From contig CAXTDO010000003.1 in the NCBI GenBank assembly GCA_964242315.1, positions 1 through 32,880 of the forward strand: a stretch of 32,880 nucleotides of DNA, read 5' to 3'. The notes under the pieces were generated by a model. It did not search any database. It saw only the letters and a program-made list of their open reading frames with translations, and was not told the DNA's origin. A program made the position numbers and the translations under genes. Of this stretch, positions 1-7,257 are shown piece after piece (the first letter of the stretch is position 1; each line of letters opens with the position of its first letter). The stretch is from an uncultured Flavihumibacter sp. (GTDB lineage Bacteria; Bacteroidota; Bacteroidia; Chitinophagales; Chitinophagaceae).

Positions 1-26
1 AATTAGTCACAATCATCAACCACCCC

Positions 27-83
27 CGATGAAAAACGTGCTTCGCATCGTTTTTTATCGTCCCCTCCTTGAAAAGGAGGGGA
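27..83. terminator. Two adjacent hairpins downstream of the minus-strand AEC gene, at the window edge
   Basis: 27-38 pairs with 49-60 (12 bp, one G-T). 61-70 pairs with 74-83 (GC-rich CCCCTCC/GGAGGGG core, 3-nt loop). A further small CCCC-TTC-GGGG hairpin lies at 123-133, about 25 nt past the AEC stop. The position fits transcript ends of the AEC gene and possibly of an unseen upstream gene. Confidence 0.3.
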
Positions 84-156
84 ACCGTTACGCATTCATC
101 AATCTTTAACTAAATAACATTGCCCCTTCGGGGTTAAACAATGCATTCTTACCTAC

Positions 157-1080
157 TCAAACCAGCCAATGAATAATGCCATACCACATAGCAGTACTGG
201 CAAAAGAAATAATAATACCGATGCCTATTATCTGGTTTGCAAGAGTAGGATTGAGATTATATTCATCTGCTATCACACCTGCAGTAAGAACTGTGGGCAT
301 GGCCGCTTCAAAGATGCTTGTCTGGGGTACCGTTCCCTTCATATGTAATATTAAAGCAACAACCAATATCAATAGCGGTGCAATCAATAATTTGTATGCT
401 AACACAACTGAAATGTTTTTCAGGTTTTGTTGCCAGCCGCTGAATTGCAGTTGCAGTCCCATGGAGAAAAGCGCCAGCGGCCCTACCGTAGCGGCAAGTT
501 TATCAAATAAAGGTTCCGCCGGAGAAAGGTCTATCAGCCGTGGAAGTATCAACCCGGCCAAACACCCCAGAAAAGGAGGGAAACGAAATAATTTCTTTAA
601 GACAACCGTTATGGACAGCACCTGCTTTTTAGAAGAGTTAATAGCAACGATTATACCTGCCGTGGATAGCAAGGTAAAGGACATCTGGTCGCATATTACG
701 GCAATCCCTAAATGCTGTTCACCAAAATAAGCCATCACCAGCGGGAAACCCACAAAACCGGTGTTACTTAAACCGGCAGTTATTTTCATAGCCCCTGCGG
801 TAGATGTATCGATGACTGATTGTGAGATGTACAGGAAACAATATAACCAACCTCCAAGCCATACGATAACGGGTGCCAGCGCCGCGAGCAGCAGGTGGGT
901 GTTCCATTGAATATGCGGCAGGTATTTTAATGAAAGCGCCGGCAGCGCTATATAAATGATCCAGGCGTTGATTCCTTTATGAGCGTCGGCAGGCAATGTT
1001 TTTGAGTGCCGGAACAATATTCCGGCAATGATGCAAATGGCTATTAAGGCGAAGTTTATCAAGATATAAAGAAAAGACAT
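157..1080 (-). CDS. AEC (auxin efflux carrier / Mem_trans) family permease
   Basis: 307-aa ORF that is hydrophobic almost throughout. It has two multi-helix halves split by a basic loop (SSKKQVLSITVVLKKLFRF), the typical AEC layout. No signal peptide. Confidence 0.85.
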   Translation of the reverse strand: MSFLYILINFALIAICIIAGILFRHSKTLPADAHKGINAWIIYIALPALSLKYLPHIQWNTHLLLAALAPVIVWLGGWLYCFLYISQSVIDTSTAGAMKITAGLSNTGFVGFPLVMAYFGEQHLGIAVICDQMSFTLLSTAGIIVAINSSKKQVLSITVVLKKLFRFPPFLGCLAGLILPRLIDLSPAEPLFDKLAATVGPLALFSMGLQLQFSGWQQNLKNISVVLAYKLLIAPLLILVVALILHMKGTVPQTSIFEAAMPTVLTAGVIADEYNLNPTLANQIIGIGIIISFASTAMWYGIIHWLV

Positions 1081-1109
1081 TCCTGGCTTTTGAGTATTTT
1101 TTTTTAGGG

Positions 1110-1144
1110 TAGACCTATAAGGTTTTGAAAACCTTATAGATCTA
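1110..1144. repeat. Minimal palindromic element of the GACCTATAAGGTTT family
   Basis: 1110-1126 pairs with 1128-1144, 17 pairs with one C-A mismatch at 1114/1140. Its 14-mer GACCTATAAGGTTT and 13-mer AAACCTTATAGAT recur exactly at 21737-21750 and 21911-21923. Confidence 0.85.
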
Positions 1145-1182
1145 AACTCTCTGCTTCCTCCGTGGTTAAAAAAAATACGAAC

Positions 1183-2337
1183 CTACCTCCCATTCACTAC
1201 ATAACTACACAACTCATTTTTCAAATCAATGATCTTCTTAAGAAAAGGCCCGGGAAGCTGGCGGCCCACAGTACAGTTGATAAAGATAAAAGCATGCGAT
1301 GAGGGAACATACAATATCATAGTTGAATTACCCACGCCATCCCCTTCATGACCAAACTGAACAGCGGAACCTTGCTTGTACTGATATGATTCAATGCCTA
1401 AACCATAGTCGTTTTTAAACTGCTGCATCTCCTGAAGTGAAGCGGCGTTCACTACTCTGCCTTTTACCAAGGCATCATAAAACAGGATAACATCCGTAGG
1501 CCTGGCAGCTATGCCTCCCCAGTAACGGCTATTCATACCCAAAGCGTTGTTCCATGCCGTACCGTTCTGCACCTGTCCATTACCGTTTGGATCAATATAA
1601 TAATTGGGAAATCCCGATAGTTGCGAATGGGTAAGGTTATAAAAAGTATGTTGTAACTGCAACGGTTCAATGATCTGCGAACGCAGCAGCGATTCATAAG
1701 ATTTGCCGGTAAGCTGTTGCAATATGATCCCCAGCAGCAGGTAATTGGTATTGGAGTAGTAGGTTTGAGTACCGGGTTCAAACATGGGCTGAACTTTATA
1801 CACCATGTCCAGCAGTTCCTGATCGGTGGGTTGCTTCGTTGGATCGCTAAACTGCCTTTCACGAAATTCGTCCAGGTCAAGAAAATTTACTACTCCCGAC
1901 GAATGATCTAGTAACATACGGATGGTTATCTTATCGCTACCTTTCAGCTTGGCCGATATTGCAGCAGGCAGGTATTGCATTATGGGTCTACTGTCGAGAT
2001 TAATCTGGTTATTTTCCCTAAGTTTCATAATGAGCGCAGCCGTATAAGTTTTTGTGATGCTGAATAGCCATGTTTCATTGTTACCCTTCAGCAAGGTTTT
2101 GTTTTCAAGATTTGAATAACCGCCTTGCGTTATAAACCAGCCATCCTTATCTCTGACAACCACCTGCAGGCCGGGAATCCCTTGTTCTATATATTTGTCA
2201 ATGATCTCCTGCAAGCCGGTTTTCAACGGGTGGTTGGGATTGGTTATGATGTCAGGAGGTGGATGTGGTAAAGGGTCTTTAAAACAACCGGTGCTACAAA
2301 AAGCAATCGCCAGTGTTACCACAAAAAGATACTTCAT
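1183..2337 (-). CDS. Serine hydrolase of the beta-lactamase / DD-peptidase (class C-like) family, lipoprotein
   Basis: 384 aa with a lipoprotein-type signal (LAIAFCSTGC). It has an SxxK motif (SITK) and a downstream YxN motif (YSN in YYSNTNY), the order expected for PF00144-type enzymes. Confidence 0.8.
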   Translation of the reverse strand: MKYLFVVTLAIAFCSTGCFKDPLPHPPPDIITNPNHPLKTGLQEIIDKYIEQGIPGLQVVVRDKDGWFITQGGYSNLENKTLLKGNNETWLFSITKTYTAALIMKLRENNQINLDSRPIMQYLPAAISAKLKGSDKITIRMLLDHSSGVVNFLDLDEFRERQFSDPTKQPTDQELLDMVYKVQPMFEPGTQTYYSNTNYLLLGIILQQLTGKSYESLLRSQIIEPLQLQHTFYNLTHSQLSGFPNYYIDPNGNGQVQNGTAWNNALGMNSRYWGGIAARPTDVILFYDALVKGRVVNAASLQEMQQFKNDYGLGIESYQYKQGSAVQFGHEGDGVGNSTMILYVPSSHAFIFINCTVGRQLPGPFLKKIIDLKNELCSYVVNGR

Positions 2338-2517
2338 ACATTTAAATTTTAGTTGTTTATTGATGAATTATTATGTCAGGCATTTTGTTGATCATTGATT
2401 ACTGAGTGTTGAAAATTGAATATTATAGTACATAGCATTCTTAAGCATAGCATGGCCATCCGGTTAATTACCGGTAAGATGCACTCGCATTAACAGACTT
2501 AATTTGTGAATTTACTG

Positions 2518-3147
2518 CTACACTATTTTGTCTTTAAGGGCTTTGGCTACCGCTTCACTTTTTGAATTGACATGTAGCTTTTCATAGATGCTTCTGATAT
2601 GTGTTCTCACCGTATCAATTGATATATCCAGTTCTGCGGCCACCATTTTATAACTATTGCCATCAACGAGTGATTTCAGCACATCCTTTTCCCGCTCCGA
2701 TAATTTATAATCCGGCCCATCGGAAGACATGCCTGCAAACATCTTCAATACCTGTGTGGCAATGGCTGCATTCATGGGGGCTCCGCCGGTATGCACATCC
2801 TGAATGGCTTCCAGCAGTGCGGCAGGTGGCGTCTTCTTTAAAAGATAACCATTGGCGCCGTTTTTTATAGCTTCAAATACATTTTTATTATCATCAAACA
2901 CGGTAAGCATTACAATCTTTACATCCTGGTTGTGTTTGCGGATTAGTTTTACACCTGCGATGCCTGTCATGCGGGGCATATCAATATCCATCAGCACTAC
3001 ATCGGGTTTGAGCACCGCAATATCCACTGCTGCGGTTTCGCAGTTATCGAACATGCCAACTACTTCGAAGCCTGTCGTTGTGGAGAAGAGGAAAGCCAGT
3101 GTTTCACGTAGCGGCTGCACATCATCGTAAAGGATAATTTTTATCAT
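2518..3147 (-). CDS. NarL/FixJ (LuxR-type HTH) response regulator with no adjacent kinase
   Basis: Receiver domain starts at MIKIILYDD with the phospho-acceptor context VVLMDIDMP. The C-terminus is a LuxR HTH (LSEREKDVLKSLVDGNSYKMVAAELDISIDTVRTHIRSIYEKL). Start moved from 3186 to the ATG at 3147, which opens the receiver fold. Confidence 0.85.
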   Translation of the reverse strand: MIKIILYDDVQPLRETLAFLFSTTTGFEVVGMFDNCETAAVDIAVLKPDVVLMDIDMPRMTGIAGVKLIRKHNQDVKIVMLTVFDDNKNVFEAIKNGANGYLLKKTPPAALLEAIQDVHTGGAPMNAAIATQVLKMFAGMSSDGPDYKLSEREKDVLKSLVDGNSYKMVAAELDISIDTVRTHIRSIYEKLHVNSKSEAVAKALKDKIV

Positions 3148-3228
3148 ATCATTTGTTGATGTTACAAATTTAAATGGTTTGCACAACCCTTTAACCGCAT
3201 AAATATGTGAGCTCTTTTTTAACCACAG

Positions 3229-3326
3229 AAATGTCTGAACTGTGATTTAGCTGATTAAATGAAGGACTATGACATGGAACAATCATAGTCCTTCATTTAA
3301 TCAGCTAAATCACAGTTCAGACATTT
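3229..3326. repeat. Perfect palindrome (44-bp stem, 10-nt loop), TCTGAACTGTGATTTA family
   Basis: Checked base by base: 3229-3272 is fully complementary to 3283-3326, with loop 3273-3282 CATGGAACAA. It lies between two divergently transcribed genes. Confidence 0.95.
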
Positions 3327-3392
3327 AGACGTTTAAAACATTTTATTCAACGTTTCGCACATGGCTGCCTTTTTCACACTGCCCCACAGCAA

Positions 3393-3400
3393 TAGATTTG
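3393..3400 (+). promoter_or_regulatory. Candidate Bacteroidota -7 promoter box (TAnnTTTG)
   Basis: TAGATTTG matches the TAnnTTTG consensus exactly, 13 nt upstream of the ATG at 3414. I found no clear -33 TTTG. Confidence 0.3.
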
Positions 3401-3413
3401 CTCAAAAAAAAAC

Positions 3414-4244
3414 ATGAAAAAAACAACACTCCTTCTCTCCAGCCTGCTGATGACTACAGCAGTCATCAGGGCGCAATCTATCAATCCACGCAGCAGCACC
3501 ATCGGTGCTTCCATAGGCTGGCAGCAACTAAAGTTCGTAGATGATAACGCCTCACCATTGATGTACAAGGCAACGTCCTTTCCAACAGCCGGATTGAATT
3601 ACACCCACGTAAATGCCCGCAGCTACTTTAAAATGCAGCTATCCGGCGGAACAGGAAATGCCAATCCTGCAAAATTTGGTGCACGTGACTACATGACCCG
3701 GTTTAATGACAAAGACAGTTTTCAATACCAGATATCTTCCATGTTTGTCCATGCCAACCTGGAGGCTACCTATTTAAGAAAGCTCAACCCCTCATCAACA
3801 GGATCGCTCGGTTACTGGGCAGGTGGCACCATCAGCGACCAGGCTTACTATGCCGATGAGGTTGCCAACAACCCATGGCTCATCAACACTGCCGAACTTT
3901 CACCGGCTCTTAAAGTAGATTATCAAAACAGTTTAAAACATAACTTTTCTGTAAAAGTAAATTTTGCAGGCCTGGCGCTTATCACACGCAGCGTTTACGG
4001 ACTGTTTGCAAAATCTAATAAAGACAATAACGTAGCAGCATATTTAAAGCAGGGAACCCGTTTAACCTCCGTTCACGAATATCAAAAAGTAAACGTTGAA
4101 TTCAACTACGGATATCATGTTTCAAACAGGATTGCCGTTGGGGGAACCTATGCATTCAGATGGCTGCATTATACCCATCCCATGCCTATGCGCGCTATTG
4201 ACAGTCGCTTTAACTTAAACATAGACTATTCATTACACAAGTAA
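3414..4244 (+). CDS. Secreted hypothetical protein, possibly an outer-membrane beta-barrel
   Basis: 276 aa with a signal peptide (MKKTTLLLSSLLMTTAVIRAQS). The rest is rich in Y/N/G/S with alternating hydrophobic strands (VKVNFAGLALI, VNVEFNYGYHV, AVGGTYAFRW). I do not recognise the family. Confidence 0.6.
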   Translation: MKKTTLLLSSLLMTTAVIRAQSINPRSSTIGASIGWQQLKFVDDNASPLMYKATSFPTAGLNYTHVNARSYFKMQLSGGTGNANPAKFGARDYMTRFNDKDSFQYQISSMFVHANLEATYLRKLNPSSTGSLGYWAGGTISDQAYYADEVANNPWLINTAELSPALKVDYQNSLKHNFSVKVNFAGLALITRSVYGLFAKSNKDNNVAAYLKQGTRLTSVHEYQKVNVEFNYGYHVSNRIAVGGTYAFRWLHYTHPMPMRAIDSRFNLNIDYSLHK

Positions 4245-4292
4245 CGCCGCTATTACAAACAATCATGCACTTAAACATTTAAACACAAAAAA

Positions 4293-5321
4293 ATGAAAAA
4301 GATAATTATCATACCAGTATGTATTTTAATAATGTCAGCACTTTCCAGTTGTACCAAACAATTACTCGGAATTCCAAAAACCAACACGCAAACCCAAAAT
4401 TTCGAAGCGCTATGGAAAGATTTCGATCAGCACTATGGCATCTTCGTCGCCAAGCATATCGACTGGCAGGCACAGTTCACCAAATATCGCTCAATGGTAT
4501 CTGACACCATGAGTGATCGATCACTCTATACCGTTATGACCAAAATGCTGGATACGCTTAACGACGATCATGTGTACCTGAGACCAACCAAACAAACGGG
4601 CTTGCCCTGGTACAGTGGCGGCATCCTGGGCCGTGTAGCAGTAGAAGATTTTAATAAGGAGGTTGCCCAGGCATATCTCACTCAAAAAACAGTGTATAAT
4701 CCGACGTTGGAATATGGATTATTCCCGGGAAATATAGGCTACATCAACATCATAGACTTTGGCGAAAATTTCAGCGTTTATCCGCGTGCGATGGATACCA
4801 TCCTTTCCAAATTGAAAGATACCAAAGGCATTATCATTGAACTGAGGGAAAACGGCGGTGGCGAAGACAGGGTAGCGCAATATATTGCTAACCGGTTTGC
4901 AAGTTCAAGATCGTTCTCTTTTTCCTCAAGCGTTCGAAATGGCCCGAAACATACAGACTTTGCCCCGCCCGTTAATTTTTACACCGAGCCGGCCGGTACC
5001 TTTCAGTACACAAAACCGGTAATCATGATGACGAATCTAAATGTGTTCAGTACGGGTGAAACCTTTATACTGGCAATGATGCAAAACAACAACGTGAAAA
5101 CCGCCGGTGATATCACAGGAGGAGCATTCTCGGATGCCGTTCAAAGAGATCTGCCCAACGGATGGAGCTATCGTTTATCGATCGCCGATGTAAGGGATGC
5201 AAAAGGCGTTAATCTGGAAGGTATCGGTATAGCACCCAACTATCTCATAAAAAACACAAAATCGGAGCTGGCTCAAAAGAAAGATAAAGCATTGGAAAAG
5301 GCCCTACAGCTACTTAATTAA
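4293..5321 (+). CDS. S41-family peptidase (C-terminal processing peptidase-like), lipoprotein, short form
   Basis: 342 aa with a lipobox (ALSSC). It has an S41-type glycine-rich motif (IIELRENGGGE) and a candidate catalytic serine region (NVFSTGETFILAM). The length leaves little room for a canonical PDZ domain. Confidence 0.75.
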   Translation: MKKIIIIPVCILIMSALSSCTKQLLGIPKTNTQTQNFEALWKDFDQHYGIFVAKHIDWQAQFTKYRSMVSDTMSDRSLYTVMTKMLDTLNDDHVYLRPTKQTGLPWYSGGILGRVAVEDFNKEVAQAYLTQKTVYNPTLEYGLFPGNIGYINIIDFGENFSVYPRAMDTILSKLKDTKGIIIELRENGGGEDRVAQYIANRFASSRSFSFSSSVRNGPKHTDFAPPVNFYTEPAGTFQYTKPVIMMTNLNVFSTGETFILAMMQNNNVKTAGDITGGAFSDAVQRDLPNGWSYRLSIADVRDAKGVNLEGIGIAPNYLIKNTKSELAQKKDKALEKALQLLN

Positions 5322-5393
5322 TTGTTAGTTGTTAGTGGTTAATTGTTAATTAACCACTAACAATTAACAATTAACCACTAACAACTAACAATT
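5320..5393. repeat. Perfect palindrome (32-bp stem, 10-nt loop) built from TAAC[AC]A[CT] heptamers
   Basis: 5320-5351 is fully complementary to 5362-5393, checked base by base. The right half reads TAACCAC TAACAAT TAACAAT TAACCAC TAACAAC TAACAAT. It overlaps the S41 stop codon and the TTG that the ORF track used as the kinase start. Confidence 0.95.
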
Positions 5394-5439
5394 GAAAATT
5401 ATTTATTACTTCCGTATTTTGCTGCACAAAGTAACAGGT

Positions 5440-6492
5440 ATGGAAAAGCTGAATGACCGATGGTACCGCATCATAGGCATACCGCTGGTGTCTCTTATAG
5501 CTAATATCGTTTTTTACTACGATATGAATCAGAAACATGGCTTCAGCTTTTGGATGGATTATCTCTATACTTTGGTTACTGCCCTGCTGATCTGGGAAGT
5601 AAACCGGCAGATCATTATTTACACCAGGAATAAATACAGGTTGTACACCGAGTCAAGAAAAAGAATTATTCATACGGCCACAGGTGTTGTTATTGCCACC
5701 ACTTTGATCATGATCATTATTTCATTTTTCTATGACATCACCGATTACTGGGGATACGATTACACGCTTGAAAACTATCTCTATAATATTTTTTCCGCAC
5801 TTACTTATGCAGTCATCATCAGCGGCATCTATGAAGCGATTTATTACTTCAGAAAATGGAATAACGTGGAACTGAAAGCCGAAATGCTTAAAAGAGAAAA
5901 CCTGCAGTCACAACTGGAAACACTTAAACAGCAGGTGAATCCACATTTTTTATTCAACAGTCTGAACACCTTATCATCACTGATGCGTAAAGACGTTGAC
6001 CGCGCAGAGCAATTCCTCGATGAGCTAAGCAAAGTTTACCGTTACCTGCTTCGCAACAATGAAGGCGAACTGATTGACCTGGCTACCGAGCTGCAATTCA
6101 TCCAGTCATTTTTTCACCTTATGAAAACCAGGTACGGCAGCGCTATCGAGATGGTAATGCATATTGAAGAACATTGCAAAGACCGTTTGCTGCCGCCGCT
6201 TACGCTTCAGATGCTTGTTGAAAACGCCATTAAACATAATATTATTGATAAATCGCAGCCACTGCAAATTATACTGGAAACAGATAATCAAGATAATTTA
6301 ACGGTGAAAAATAATCTGAGAAAAAAAGTTATCAATCTGCCCTCCAGTAAAATAGGATTGACCAATATAGCAGCTAAATATAAATTGCTAGGACAATTAA
6401 ATATTGTCATTACTGAAACCGAAAGCACTTTTACAGTTACGCTTCCACTAATTAAAACACACACGTATGAAAATACTGATAGTAGAAGATGA
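5440..6492 (+). CDS. LytS/YehU-type sensor histidine kinase (His_kinase PF06580 plus HATPase)
   Basis: Four N-terminal TM helices, a coiled linker, the signature NPHFLFNSLNTLSSL, and an ATPase N-box region (LLPPLTLQMLVENAIKHN). Start set at ATG 5440; the track start at 5392 is a TTG inside the palindrome. Confidence 0.8.
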   Translation: MEKLNDRWYRIIGIPLVSLIANIVFYYDMNQKHGFSFWMDYLYTLVTALLIWEVNRQIIIYTRNKYRLYTESRKRIIHTATGVVIATTLIMIIISFFYDITDYWGYDYTLENYLYNIFSALTYAVIISGIYEAIYYFRKWNNVELKAEMLKRENLQSQLETLKQQVNPHFLFNSLNTLSSLMRKDVDRAEQFLDELSKVYRYLLRNNEGELIDLATELQFIQSFFHLMKTRYGSAIEMVMHIEEHCKDRLLPPLTLQMLVENAIKHNIIDKSQPLQIILETDNQDNLTVKNNLRKKVINLPSSKIGLTNIAAKYKLLGQLNIVITETESTFTVTLPLIKTHTYENTDSRR

Positions 6493-7249
6493 AGACCTGG
6501 CAGTAGAAAAGTTGATGTATATCATATCAGCAGTAGAAAGCGATGCCGAAGTAATTGGATGTGCCGGAAGCATTTCCGGAACGGTTGAATGGCTGCAACA
6601 ACACGACCAGCCCGATATAATCCTTATGGATATTGAACTAACCGATGGACAAAGTTTCGAGATCTTTAACCGTATTGATATCCAAAGTAAAGTAATATTT
6701 ACTACCTCCTATGATGAGTACGCGCTGAAAGCTTTCAAAGTGAACAGTATCGACTATCTGCTGAAACCTGTGCAGAAAGCGGATCTTAAAGCGGCCTTTG
6801 ATAAGTATAAACGGTTTATGGTTCCGGCAGTACCGGCTTCAAAAGATTTTAATGGCATCAATATACAATCATTGCTTCAGGATATGCACCGCCAGTTTCA
6901 ACCGCGGGAGTACCGGCAGCGCTTCCTGGTGAAGCAGGGACAGAAACACCTGCCTGTAGAAACCGATAACATAGCCTATTTTTATGTGGATGACCGTGTG
7001 ATCTGCTTTAAGACAAAAGATAACAAACGCTACATAATCGATTACACAATGGATGATATTGAACCGCAGCTCGATCCAAAAAGATTTTTTCGCATTAATC
7101 GCTCTTTTATCATTTCCGTTGAAAGCATAGGCCAGATGCATGATTATGTTAACAGCAGGCTGGTGCTTCAGTTGCATCCTGACATCAACAAAGAAGTGAT
7201 CGTCTCCCGTGATAAGGTGGGTAACTTTAAGAAGTGGATTGGTAAATAG
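6467..7249 (+). CDS. LytR/AlgR-family response regulator (REC plus LytTR DNA-binding domain)
   Basis: MKILIVEDE receiver with the IILMDIELTDG acceptor context. The C-terminus is LytTR-like (IAYFYVDDRVICFKTKDNKRYIIDYTMDDIEPQL...FFRINRSFIISVESI). It overlaps the kinase gene by 26 nt, which suggests coupling. Confidence 0.9.
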   Translation: MKILIVEDEDLAVEKLMYIISAVESDAEVIGCAGSISGTVEWLQQHDQPDIILMDIELTDGQSFEIFNRIDIQSKVIFTTSYDEYALKAFKVNSIDYLLKPVQKADLKAAFDKYKRFMVPAVPASKDFNGINIQSLLQDMHRQFQPREYRQRFLVKQGQKHLPVETDNIAYFYVDDRVICFKTKDNKRYIIDYTMDDIEPQLDPKRFFRINRSFIISVESIGQMHDYVNSRLVLQLHPDINKEVIVSRDKVGNFKKWIGK

Positions 7250-7257
7250 TTAACTCA

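Noticed and set aside
176-730. 184-aa plus-strand ORF
   Set aside because: It lies entirely antisense within the AEC permease gene. Its composition mirrors the hydrophobic codons of the opposite strand, it has no recognisable motifs, and the permease reading is far more coherent.
5320-5393. Heptamer palindrome as a LytTR-regulator binding array
   Set aside because: The units do not fit the LytTR 9-bp consensus as I recall it, nor the usual 12-13-nt spacing of direct repeats. It is mentioned only as a testable possibility, not annotated.
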